Below, one piece after another: positions 7,277 through 15,070 of a stretch of DNA of 18,910 nucleotides. A model generated the notes under the pieces. The model was given only the letters and a program-made list of their open reading frames with translations. It had not been told where the DNA came from and did not search any database. Location of the stretch: positions 1,740 through 20,649 of the forward strand of contig JBBDRO010000087.1 in NCBI GenBank assembly GCA_040905425.1, written 5' to 3'. The position numbers were made by a program, and so were the translations under genes. Position 1 is the stretch's first letter; each line of letters starts with the position of its first letter. Origin of the DNA: Gemmatimonadota bacterium. Its GTDB lineage: Bacteria; Gemmatimonadota; Gemmatimonadetes; Longimicrobiales; RSA9.

Positions 7277-7360
7277 GGGCGCCACGACCAGCGCCACCGG
7301 GCGCCACGGCCAGTGCGCCGGGGCGGGCATGACCAGCTCCCGCCGGGGTGCCACGACCAG
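7277..7360. repeat. Four imperfect 15-bp direct repeats in a divergent intergenic region
   Basis: GGGCGCCACGACCAG 7277-7291, GGGCGCCACGGCCAG 7299-7313, GGCGGGCATGACCAG 7322-7336 and GGGTGCCACGACCAG 7346-7360. Confidence 0.7.
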
Positions 7361-7381
7361 CTTTGCAGGGGCGCCGGTGTC

Positions 7382-7409
7382 TTGCCCCGGGGGGCCGCCC
7401 GGATAGCTT
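7382..7409 (+). promoter_or_regulatory. Putative sigma70-type promoter, probably giving a leaderless LD-carboxypeptidase mRNA
   Basis: TTGCCC (7382-7387) - 16 nt - TAGCTT (7404-7409) - 7 nt - GTG 7417, with no SD. Confidence 0.5.
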
Positions 7410-7416
7410 AGCTGCC

Positions 7417-8355
7417 GTGCACAGCTCAGGTGACCCGCAGCCGATCCGCCCGCCCCGCCTCTTCCCCGGCGCCCGGGTGGCCCTCGTGGCCCCCGCGGGG
7501 CCGCTGGCCGAGGAGCGCGTGGCCCGCTCCCTGGAGCTGTGCGCCCGCCTGGAGCTGGAGCCACGGCTGGGCCCCGCGGCGCGGGCGTGCCACGGCTATC
7601 TGGCCGGGACCGACGAGGCGCGCGCCGCGGACCTGGCCGCCGCGCTCCACGATGAGGACGTGGACGCCGTGTGGGCGCTCCGCGGCGGCTACGGCACCAT
7701 GCGCATCCTGGACCGGTGCGGCCTCGAGTCGGCGGCGCCGCGGCCGCGCGCCTTTCTGGGCTTCAGTGACAACACCGCGGTGCACGCGGCGCTCGGGCGC
7801 CACGGGCTGGTGAGCTTCCACGCCCCGCACCCGGGAGGCGCCTTTCCGCCCACCACGGAGGAGGTGTTCCGGCGCGTCCTCTTCACCGCCGCAGCCGCGG
7901 GTACCCTGCCCCTGCCGCCCGGCGGCGCACCACCGCGCACCCTCGTGCCCGGTGTGGCGGAGGGCCCGCTTGTGGGCGGCAACCTGGCGCTCCTGGCCGC
8001 CCTGTGCGGCACCCCCTTCGCACCGCGCACGGCCGGGGCCATCCTGGTGATCGAGGATGTGGGCGAGCCCGCCTATCGGGTGGACCGGGGGCTGACGCAG
8101 CTGCGGCTGGCCGGCCTGCTGGAGAGCGTGGCGGGCCTGGCTCTGGGGCGCTTCACGGAGTGCCCTGAGGACGAGCCGCCGGAGCTGCTCGAGGAGCTAC
8201 TCGGCCAGACGGCCCGCGAACTCGGCGTGCCGGCGGTGATGGGCCTGCCCGTGGGCCACGTGGACGAGAACTGGACGCTGCCGCTCGGGGTGCGGGCGCG
8301 GCTGGAGGCGGATGGATCCGGGTCGCTTACGCTGTTGGAGGCGGCGGTGACGTGA
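7417..8355 (+). CDS. ldcA: LD-carboxypeptidase, peptidase S66 family
   Basis: VALVAPAG, YLAGTDEARA, RGGYG, GFSDNT (Ser), GGNL, EDVGE (Glu) and GH (His) triad motifs. Confidence 0.92.
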   Translation: MHSSGDPQPIRPPRLFPGARVALVAPAGPLAEERVARSLELCARLELEPRLGPAARACHGYLAGTDEARAADLAAALHDEDVDAVWALRGGYGTMRILDRCGLESAAPRPRAFLGFSDNTAVHAALGRHGLVSFHAPHPGGAFPPTTEEVFRRVLFTAAAAGTLPLPPGGAPPRTLVPGVAEGPLVGGNLALLAALCGTPFAPRTAGAILVIEDVGEPAYRVDRGLTQLRLAGLLESVAGLALGRFTECPEDEPPELLEELLGQTARELGVPAVMGLPVGHVDENWTLPLGVRARLEADGSGSLTLLEAAVT

Positions 8356-8380
8356 GCGTGGGACACAGAGGAGGAGCCGG

Positions 8381-8947
8381 ATGAGCGGCAAGATCTACAC
8401 GCGGACGGGGGACAGCGGTGAGACCGGCCTGTTCGCGGGGGGGCGTGTGCCCAAGAACCATCCGCGCGTGGCCGCCTACGGCGCCGTGGACGAGCTGAAC
8501 GCGCTGCTCGGTCAGGCGCTTTCGGCGGGCGCGGAAGGCGCGCTGCGGGAGCGCCTGGAGCTGCTGCAGGGGGACCTGCTGGCGCTCGGTGCCGAGCTGG
8601 CCACGCCCCGCGCGGCGGGCGCGCCCAGGCATGCGCACATTCCGCCGCTGCCGGTCGAGCGGATCGCGGAGATGGAGCTGTGGATCGACGAGGCCGACGA
8701 GGTGCTGCCGCCGCTCACCAGCTTCATCCTGCCCGGCGGCGCGCAGGTGGGCGCCGCCCTGCACGTGGCGCGCACCGTCTGCCGGCGGGCCGAACGGCAG
8801 GTGGTGGAGCTGGCCGGGACCACCTTCGTGGAGGGTGACGCCATCCGCTACCTGAACCGGCTCTCGGATTATCTCTTCGTGGCGGCCCGGCTGGCCAACC
8901 GGGATGCGGGGCGCACGGAGACCACCTGGCGGGGCCGCGCCGACTGA
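8381..8947 (+). CDS. ATP:cob(I)alamin adenosyltransferase, PduO type
   Basis: KIYTRTGD.GET, AYGAVDELN, FILPGG, RTVCRRAER and YLNRLSDYLF. Strong GAGGAGGAG RBS. Confidence 0.95.
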   Translation: MSGKIYTRTGDSGETGLFAGGRVPKNHPRVAAYGAVDELNALLGQALSAGAEGALRERLELLQGDLLALGAELATPRAAGAPRHAHIPPLPVERIAEMELWIDEADEVLPPLTSFILPGGAQVGAALHVARTVCRRAERQVVELAGTTFVEGDAIRYLNRLSDYLFVAARLANRDAGRTETTWRGRAD

Positions 8948-9040
8948 GCACCGCGGCGCCGCTCTTGCGGGTCTCCGGAGCCGGTGGCACTATGCTCTGT
9001 TACCCCGACCTGATCGAATGACCCCTGGAGGATATCCGGC

Positions 9041-9274
9041 ATGCCGTACGTGATTGCTGAGCCGTGCATCGGGACCAAGGACGCCAGTTGCGTCGAGGTC
9101 TGCCCGGTGGACTGCATTTATGAGGGTGAGGACCAGTACTACATTCACCCCGACGAGTGCATCGACTGCGGGGCGTGCGAGCCGGAGTGCCCGGTGACCG
9201 CCATCTTCCCCGATACCGACGTGCCGCCGGAGTGGACCAACTACATCGAGAAGAACGCCGCCCACTTTGAGTAA
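9041..9274 (+). CDS. fdxA: Ferredoxin, 7Fe ([3Fe-4S]+[4Fe-4S]) type
   Basis: C-x7-CVEVCPVDC and [20 protein letters not shown]. Confidence 0.93.
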   Translation: MPYVIAEPCIGTKDASCVEVCPVDCIYEGEDQYYIHPDECIDCGACEPECPVTAIFPDTDVPPEWTNYIEKNAAHFE

Positions 9275-9369
9275 GCGTCGGCGCCGGCTCGCCCCCCTTG
9301 CCCTGGCCGCCGCTCTCGCGGCGTGCGCCGGTGCCGCGCCGGACACCACGGGCGGCTGACCCTTCCCCC

Positions 9370-9415
9370 AAAACAATGCGGCGCCCCCGCCCCACGTGGG
9401 GCGCAGGCGCCGCAT
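9370..9415 (-). terminator. Intrinsic terminator downstream of the small membrane-protein gene
   Basis: Minus strand ATGCGGCGCC-TG-CGCCCC-ACGT-GGGGCG-GG-GGCGCCGCAT followed by TGTTTT, about 19 nt after the stop at 9434. Confidence 0.75.
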
Positions 9416-9433
9416 GCACCAGCGCGGTCCGGC

Positions 9434-9613
9434 CTACAGCCCGGCGGCGCGGATGGCGTCCAGCTCCTGGACCGAGGGCTGATCACCCTTGGTCAGAAGG
9501 CGGTCCTCCACCGGCCGCTCAGGACGCGCGCGCGCCATGAGGAGGCTGGTGGCAATGGCCGCGACGGCAATGAGGCTGACACTCAGGGTCCTGATAACTC
9601 CTCCCGTCGACAT
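9434..9613 (-). CDS. Small (59 aa) single-TM hypothetical protein
   Basis: MSTGGVIRTLSVSLIAVAAIATSLLMARARPERP...LDAIRAAGL, bracketed by a sigma54-like motif and a terminator. Exact start uncertain. Confidence 0.6.
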   Translation of the reverse strand: MSTGGVIRTLSVSLIAVAAIATSLLMARARPERPVEDRLLTKGDQPSVQELDAIRAAGL

Positions 9614-9644
9614 GGGTAACGGTGCCGCTGCGGCGGCGAGTGAA

Positions 9645-9660
9645 TGCACGAGCCGTGCCC
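9645..9660 (-). promoter_or_regulatory. Putative sigma54 (-24/-12) promoter
   Basis: Minus strand GGGCACGGCTCGTGCA has the exact GG-N10-GC spacing and two mismatches to TGGCACG-N4-TTGCW. An AT-rich tract lies upstream at about 9684-9701. Confidence 0.55.
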
Positions 9661-9749
9661 ATCCCCGGGACGATGGCTCGTACAAAAAAGAACGTTTGTT
9701 TGCGCGGCGTCGTGACAGCGCCGATGGGGATGCGCGGTCCCGTCACCGC

Positions 9750-9793
9750 CTGAAGAAGGGGCGGAGCGCTCCGGCGCCCCGCCCCTCTTTCAG
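9750..9793 (-). terminator. Terminator hairpin ending the three-gene envelope operon
   Basis: 20-bp near-perfect inverted repeat, minus strand CTGAAAGAGGGGCGGGGCGC-CGGA-GCGCTCCGCCCCTTCTTCAG, overlapping the stop at 9790. Confidence 0.7.
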
Positions 9794-10929
9794 TTGGCTC
9801 CCCAGCGGAGGGTGAGCCCGAGCTCACCGCCCCAGAGACCGGGGCTATCCTCCCCGCCAGCGGCGTCCACCTTGCCGAGCAGCAGGCGCGCGGAGGGCAC
9901 CAGCTCGAAGCTGCCCACACGCTGCGGCACGTCCGCGCCACCGCCCACGAGCCAGCCACCACCGCCGGCGCCTTCGGTGCTCTGCACGCGCGCGTCCAGC
10001 GCCGGACGCACCGTGGTCGTACCCAGGCGCATGGACCCGGCCACGCCGGCCACCAGCAGGTTCTGGCTGCCGGTCTGCGAGACACTGTCGCGTACGAACG
10101 CACCCTGATCGTCCACCAGCGAGATGAAGATGTCCCCGCGCTCACGCCACACGTCCGTGAGGTAGGCGGTCCATACGGCCGTCCGCGAGGTGCGGAACGA
10201 GTACGTGAGGTCGCCTCTCCAGCGATTGCCCGCCTGGAAGAGATTGCGCCCGTCCAGTTGATCCTGGCTGAAATTCTGGAAGGTCACGCCCGCGGTCAGC
10301 TTGTTGGCGCCCAGATTCCGGTCCAGCGCCAGCCGAACCCGCACCTCGTCACCCGGGGCGTAGGTGGCGTCCAGGTCACTGCGCGGCTCGAACTCGTCCG
10401 CCATGCGATAGCTGCCGGCCAGCCCGACCCCCCACTGGCCGGCGCGGAACGCCGTGGCCAGGCCGGTGGTGGCGCCGAAGCCCAACCCCCAGGTGGCCTC
10501 GCGAAAGCCCAGCAGCTCGCTGGACAGCGTGGCGGCCACGGCCGCCTCCTCCGGCGAGTGCTCCGTGGCGCCGGTGGGCAGGTTCAGGCCCAGCGTGACC
10601 ACCGCCCAGGGCGTGGCCGTCCAGCTGGCCCGCACGCGTGTGTCCACCATGCCGCTCAGCTCGAACGTGGTGCTGTCCGTCTGCGCCGACCCCCGTGCAT
10701 ACGCGGTGTAGAGGTCCAGCGTCAGCCGACTGCCGACCGGCTGTTCGAAGGCCACCGGCACCATGAGCAGCGTGGCGTTCTCCAGGCCCAGGCCCTCACC
10801 GAAGGTGTAGCCCTGGAAGACCACGCCGCTGGCCGCCGAGGTACCCGTCTGGGCCGCCGCGGGCGCGGCTCCGCCCACCAACGTCAGCGCCAGTGCCAGC
10901 GCCAGGATGCCGCCGCCGAAGCGCCTCAC
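9790..10929 (-). CDS. Putative outer-membrane beta-barrel protein of unknown function
   Basis: Sec signal peptide ending AAA-Q. Many amphipathic strands with aromatic ends (LTLDLYTAY, VTLGLNLPTG, WGVGLAGSY, WRGDLTYSF, C-terminal GELGLTLRW). The GTG start overlaps the upstream TGA (GTGA). Confidence 0.75.
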   Translation of the reverse strand: MRRFGGGILALALALTLVGGAAPAAAQTGTSAASGVVFQGYTFGEGLGLENATLLMVPVAFEQPVGSRLTLDLYTAYARGSAQTDSTTFELSGMVDTRVRASWTATPWAVVTLGLNLPTGATEHSPEEAAVAATLSSELLGFREATWGLGFGATTGLATAFRAGQWGVGLAGSYRMADEFEPRSDLDATYAPGDEVRVRLALDRNLGANKLTAGVTFQNFSQDQLDGRNLFQAGNRWRGDLTYSFRTSRTAVWTAYLTDVWRERGDIFISLVDDQGAFVRDSVSQTGSQNLLVAGVAGSMRLGTTTVRPALDARVQSTEGAGGGGWLVGGGADVPQRVGSFELVPSARLLLGKVDAAGGEDSPGLWGGELGLTLRWGAN

Positions 10930-12320
10930 TGTCCACCTCCCGGACGGGGGATCACGATGGTGATGACGGTCACGGGCGGCGGCGGCGGGGCGGGCGGTAC
11001 CACCGCGCCGCTCTGCCCGGTGGACTCCGACTGCGGATTGCGCGCCTCCGCCTGCTGGGTGGCCGGCTGACTGCCGCCCCCGGTCTGACCCGTCTGCGCC
11101 GCCACCAGCGGCACCGCGCCGGAGGGATTCACGGCATTGGCGGCGTTGCGCGCCATGTCACCCGTGGTGCTCACGCCCCCGGCGGGCGGCGGCGCCAGCC
11201 CCGCGGCGGCCACGTCCGTGGCGGCGCCCGCCTGCGCGGCGGCCCCGATCTCCGCGGCCTCCGTCTGCTGCACCTGGGCGCGCGTGAAGCTGGGGTCGAG
11301 CTGCGTGGCCTCGCCGAAGGCGCTGCTGGCCGTAGCGTAGTCCCCGCGGTCCATGGCCTCCAGACCCCGTCCATAGGCCAGGAACGCCAGCAGGTTGCTG
11401 GCCCGGTTCTCGTTGATGGCCTCCGTCTCCGCGGCCGTCAGCTGCACGCCCAGCCGCTGCAGGATGGCAAAGACCACGGCCTTTTCCATCTCGAAGATGG
11501 CGTCCAGCGGGCGCTGATCAGAGACTTCGCCAAGCTGGTTGCCGCCGGCCGTGGCCAGCACCGCCGCGTCGAGCTGCACCTGTCCCTCCGTACCGCCGGA
11601 GAGCGTGCCCTGGACCACGTTCTCGGCCTTCAGCAGGCGCCCCGCACGCGCGCCGGTGGCCTCGTCGGCCAGACCCGCCTGCGTGAGCACCATCTCATCC
11701 AGCATGCTGCGTACGCGGACCCGCTCCACGGACGTGACGGCGTTGGAGAGCCCGAGGTCCGTGATGATCATGTCCGCCATGGCCGTCTGCAGCGGCGCGT
11801 ACTCCTCCGGCAGGCCGAGCAGCTGGAAGGGGAAGACGGCCACGCTGTTGGGCGTGGGCGGCTCCTGGGAGAGCTGCGCCTCGCGCGCCAACGCCGTGCG
11901 CGCCTCGGCCCGCATCTGCTGGCGGGTGACCAGCGCCAGGCGGCCGCGCACGTCATCCATGAGCGCGGCGTTCTCACCCATCTCCAGGTAACGCTCGTAG
12001 GCCGTGCGCGCCTCGGTCCAGGCCTCGAGCTCCTCCTGGGCCAGTCCCAGGTACAGAGGGGCGGACCCACTGGCGTCCGGCCGGGACGCGAGCGGATCCA
12101 GCACGCGTACGGCGTCCTGGTGACGCCCGGCCTGGTAGTACGCCATGCCCAGTTCCGTGGCGGCATCCACGTCCTCCGGCGCCGCGGCCACCCGGGCCTC
12201 GAGAACGGGGATGTCCTCCGGACGCGCCTCGAAGGTGGCGGCGGCGCAGGCCGCCAGCAGGCAGAGGCCCACGGCCGGCAGCATGGCCGTGAACCGACGG
12301 AGACAGCGTGGTAGAGCCAT
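10926..12320 (-). CDS. Lipoprotein with TPR repeats and a CsgG/HfaB (TolB-N/FlgO-like) domain
   Basis: Lipobox LAAC. TPRs at LGMAYYQAGR..DA and LYLGLAQEEL..W.EA..AY. CsgG-like core SVAVFPF..ADMIITDL..VERVRVRSMLDE..AGRLLKAENVVQGTL, then a further TPR and a low-complexity tail. ATG 12320 has a GGGAGA RBS; a coupled ATG at 12371 is the alternative start. Confidence 0.8.
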   Translation of the reverse strand: MALPRCLRRFTAMLPAVGLCLLAACAAATFEARPEDIPVLEARVAAAPEDVDAATELGMAYYQAGRHQDAVRVLDPLASRPDASGSAPLYLGLAQEELEAWTEARTAYERYLEMGENAALMDDVRGRLALVTRQQMRAEARTALAREAQLSQEPPTPNSVAVFPFQLLGLPEEYAPLQTAMADMIITDLGLSNAVTSVERVRVRSMLDEMVLTQAGLADEATGARAGRLLKAENVVQGTLSGGTEGQVQLDAAVLATAGGNQLGEVSDQRPLDAIFEMEKAVVFAILQRLGVQLTAAETEAINENRASNLLAFLAYGRGLEAMDRGDYATASSAFGEATQLDPSFTRAQVQQTEAAEIGAAAQAGAATDVAAAGLAPPPAGGVSTTGDMARNAANAVNPSGAVPLVAAQTGQTGGGSQPATQQAEARNPQSESTGQSGAVVPPAPPPPPVTVITIVIPRPGGGQ

Positions 12321-12367
12321 CGACTTCTCCCGGGAGAGACGGGAAGTAGGTGAGTGCATGATCGTCA

Positions 12368-14914
12368 TCATCGGCGGATGGGGAGTGTGGGACGCTGGAA
12401 ACCCGAGCCCGCGGGAAGTCCGTCCGCTCCGGCCTCCATGGGCCGCGCATCACGGACCGCCCTGAGCTGCTCCAGCGTGGGTCCGGCCGGCTGCGCCATC
12501 AGCAACGCCGCCTGGTTTTCCCGATAGATCCGTATGCCGCCGATCCACATGGCGTTGGACGGTGAGGGCACGTCCAGCGGCTCCAGGGAGAGATCCGGCT
12601 GCTGCAGGAAGCGCGAATAGAAATGTGGGCTCGGATCATCCCAGTTGCCGTAGACCAGCACCTGTTCGCACCCGGAGTCGCGATACGCCGCCGGCGGTGA
12701 ATTCTGGAAGCCCACGATGAAGCCGCCGCCCGGGAAGGCAAAGCTGGCTTCCGCGGTGTAGATCAATTCGTAATCCCCGATCACCGTATTGCCGTGCGGG
12801 TTCAGCGGCACCTGCGCGTCCGAGACTACCTGGTGCCAACTCTGCGCCGCGATACCCTGGCTGACCACGTTGCTGCCCGAACCCAACTGAGGTGGCCCCG
12901 GGTTCTTGTTGGCCACCGCGAAGAAGATGTTGCGGCGCGTCTCATCGAAGTTCAGCGCGCCCATGTCGAAGGCAATCTTGTCCCCCGGGCTGAGCGTGAA
13001 CGCGGGCACGTTGCGGTAGATGAAGCCCATGAAGGAGTAGTTGGTATTACCGCCGAAGGGGAAGCAGTTGCCCACTCCCTTCACGTCCAACGGCTCGATG
13101 GCCAGTGCAGGCGCCGCACCCACCGGCGCGTCCACCTTCACAGCCGCCGCACCCTCGATGCTGCCGAGCGTGGCGTCGATACGCGCCTCGCCGTTGCTCA
13201 CGGCCGTGCCGGTAGCGGTGTTGTCTCCGTGGTCGCTGACCGCCACCACGCCACCGTCACTCGTGGACCACGTCACGATCCGGCCCTGCACTTCGGTGCC
13301 GTTGCGGTCCACCGGGGTGGCGGTGAAGAGCTGCGTGGCGCCGAGCGCCTCGTAGAGGTGCTCGGCCGGGTCCACGACCACGTCCGTGACCACCTGCTCG
13401 ATCTGCACGAGCACGTCGCCGCGGGCGTTGCCGGGGGCCGTGACGAAGACGATGGCCTGCCCATTGGCCTGGGAGGTGACCAGGCCGCTCTGATCCACCG
13501 TGGCCACGGTGGGCAGGGCGCTCATCCAGGTGAGTTCCACGTCCATGGGGTTGCCGTTTCGGTCCCGCGCCGTGGCGGTGAGCTGCTCGTCCACGCCCAG
13601 GGCGTCGATTTCCAGCCGCGTGGTGGACATCTCCACGCTGACCACGTGCTGCGTCACGGTGAGACTGGCGCTGCCCGAGACGCCGTCGGCCGCGGCGCTC
13701 ACGCCGGTGGTACCCACGCCGTTGGCGGTGGCCTGGCCAGCGGCGTCGATGCTGGCCACGTCCCCGTTGTCGACGCTCCAGGTGAAGGTCGGATCACCCA
13801 CCGCATTGCCGTTGGCGTCCTGCGCCTCCGCGCTGAACTGCGCCGTGGAGCCGAGGCCGTCCACCGTGGTGGATCCGGGCGTCACCACCACCACAGCCAC
13901 CTGCTGCTCCACGGTCACCGTGGCGGTGGCCGCCACGTCCGCGGCGCCATCGAGCGCCACCCGCACGGTGGCCTGGCCGTTCTGCTCGGCCCGGAAGACG
14001 CCCGGGCCTTGCATGCTGACGGCGCTGCCCTCGACCACCGACCAGGTGAGCGCGGGATCGCCCGCCACGGGGTCACCGCGCGGGTCGAGCACCTGGGCGG
14101 AGAACGTGGCTTCGGCGCCGAGCGCGGCTAGCGTCTGGCTGCCGGGCGTGATGGCCACGGACGCGGCACGCTGCGTGACCTCGATCTCGTGGGTGTCCGT
14201 GCGCGTGCCGGCCAGTACGCCGAAGCGGGCCGTGCCGGGGCGGAGGGTTACCACGTGGCCATCCTGATCCACCGTGGCCGTCTCCGGCGTGAGCGCGCTC
14301 CAGACCACCGTGGGGTTGGCCGGGCCGCCCTGGACCGCGGCCGCCAGATCCAGCTCCGTGCCCTCCTCCACCGGGCCGGCGGGGCCGGTGATGCTGACCC
14401 CGGTGATGTTCAGGTTCTCGGGCGGTCCGGGAACCAGCTCCGGACTCTGCACCTGTTGCGGCTCACCCGGCTGCACACCCGTGAGCGTGATCTCACCACT
14501 CCACTGCGTGGTCTCCACCCCGTCCACCACGTTCACCAGTTCCACCAGCACCTCGAGCGTCGCGGCGCCGCCCGGGGGCAGCGTCACCTCGAAGGGCACG
14601 CTCCATTGGCTCTGATCCGGATCCACGTCCACCACCGCGGTACCCACCACACTGCCCCCGGGCATCAGGCGGGCGGTGATGCGCACACGGTTGATGGGCG
14701 CGCCGGTGTAGTTCGCGGCGGCCGCGTGGAAGCCGGGCGCCAGCGGGATCTGCACCGTGCCGCCCTCGTGCGGCGTGCCTAGCGGGCCGTCGGCATCGCC
14801 GCAGCCGGCCAGCGCGAGGGCGCCGAGCGCGCAGGCGCCCAGCAGGTGACGCGCGCGGACTGCCACGCTCACGCGAGAACGAGAAGCGGGTATCGTCGGC
14901 CTGTGTGCGTCCAC
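12368..14914 (-). CDS. Lipoprotein with five Ig-like (Big_2) repeats and an unknown C-terminal domain, adhesin-like
   Basis: GTG 14914 with AGGAG 5 nt upstream, and lipobox LAGC. Five roughly 85-aa repeats (V.V.P....LG...F.A...D..G.....TW.....VA.VD..G...A...G.A) at about 14407-13133, and a distinct aromatic-rich domain at about 13105-12520. Confidence 0.85.
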   Translation of the reverse strand: MDAHRPTIPASRSRVSVAVRARHLLGACALGALALAGCGDADGPLGTPHEGGTVQIPLAPGFHAAAANYTGAPINRVRITARLMPGGSVVGTAVVDVDPDQSQWSVPFEVTLPPGGAATLEVLVELVNVVDGVETTQWSGEITLTGVQPGEPQQVQSPELVPGPPENLNITGVSITGPAGPVEEGTELDLAAAVQGGPANPTVVWSALTPETATVDQDGHVVTLRPGTARFGVLAGTRTDTHEIEVTQRAASVAITPGSQTLAALGAEATFSAQVLDPRGDPVAGDPALTWSVVEGSAVSMQGPGVFRAEQNGQATVRVALDGAADVAATATVTVEQQVAVVVVTPGSTTVDGLGSTAQFSAEAQDANGNAVGDPTFTWSVDNGDVASIDAAGQATANGVGTTGVSAAADGVSGSASLTVTQHVVSVEMSTTRLEIDALGVDEQLTATARDRNGNPMDVELTWMSALPTVATVDQSGLVTSQANGQAIVFVTAPGNARGDVLVQIEQVVTDVVVDPAEHLYEALGATQLFTATPVDRNGTEVQGRIVTWSTSDGGVVAVSDHGDNTATGTAVSNGEARIDATLGSIEGAAAVKVDAPVGAAPALAIEPLDVKGVGNCFPFGGNTNYSFMGFIYRNVPAFTLSPGDKIAFDMGALNFDETRRNIFFAVANKNPGPPQLGSGSNVVSQGIAAQSWHQVVSDAQVPLNPHGNTVIGDYELIYTAEASFAFPGGGFIVGFQNSPPAAYRDSGCEQVLVYGNWDDPSPHFYSRFLQQPDLSLEPLDVPSPSNAMWIGGIRIYRENQAALLMAQPAGPTLEQLRAVRDARPMEAGADGLPAGSGFQRPTLPIRR

Positions 14915-15029
14915 AGGGGCTCCTGGGGTACATGGCGAACCGGCGACACGCCAATCCTGGCGACGTGCCACAATGGGGCGAACATCGGGGAGCGAGGCGT
15001 TCGTGCGTACGAGCGTCTCCGGGGAAACG

Positions 15030-15059
15030 AATGTAGGATCGCGCCCCCGTTGCGGTCAA
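15030..15059 (-). promoter_or_regulatory. Putative sigma70 promoter of the Ig/CsgG/barrel operon
   Basis: TTGACC (15059-15054) - 18 nt - TACATT (15035-15030). Confidence 0.65.
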
Positions 15060-15070
15060 CAATGATGTTC

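Noticed and set aside
8965..9000. Promoter for the ferredoxin (TTGCGG / TATGCT, or TGGCAC sigma54)
   Set aside because: The -35/-10 spacing is 20 nt and there is no GC at the -12 position. Only the -10-like hexamer is plausible.
8381..9274. Cobalamin riboswitch or B12 cluster around the PduO-type gene
   Set aside because: The gene is only 25 nt from ldcA, leaving no room for a riboswitch, and no other cob/btu genes are in the window.
10926..12320. Bona fide curli (type VIII) secretion system
   Set aside because: There are no curlin-repeat, CsgE or CsgF genes, and the CsgG-like domain is embedded between TPRs.
14955..14972. TGGCACG upstream of the Ig gene as a sigma54 promoter
   Set aside because: There is no GC 10 nt after the GG, and a good sigma70-like promoter exists at 15030-15059.
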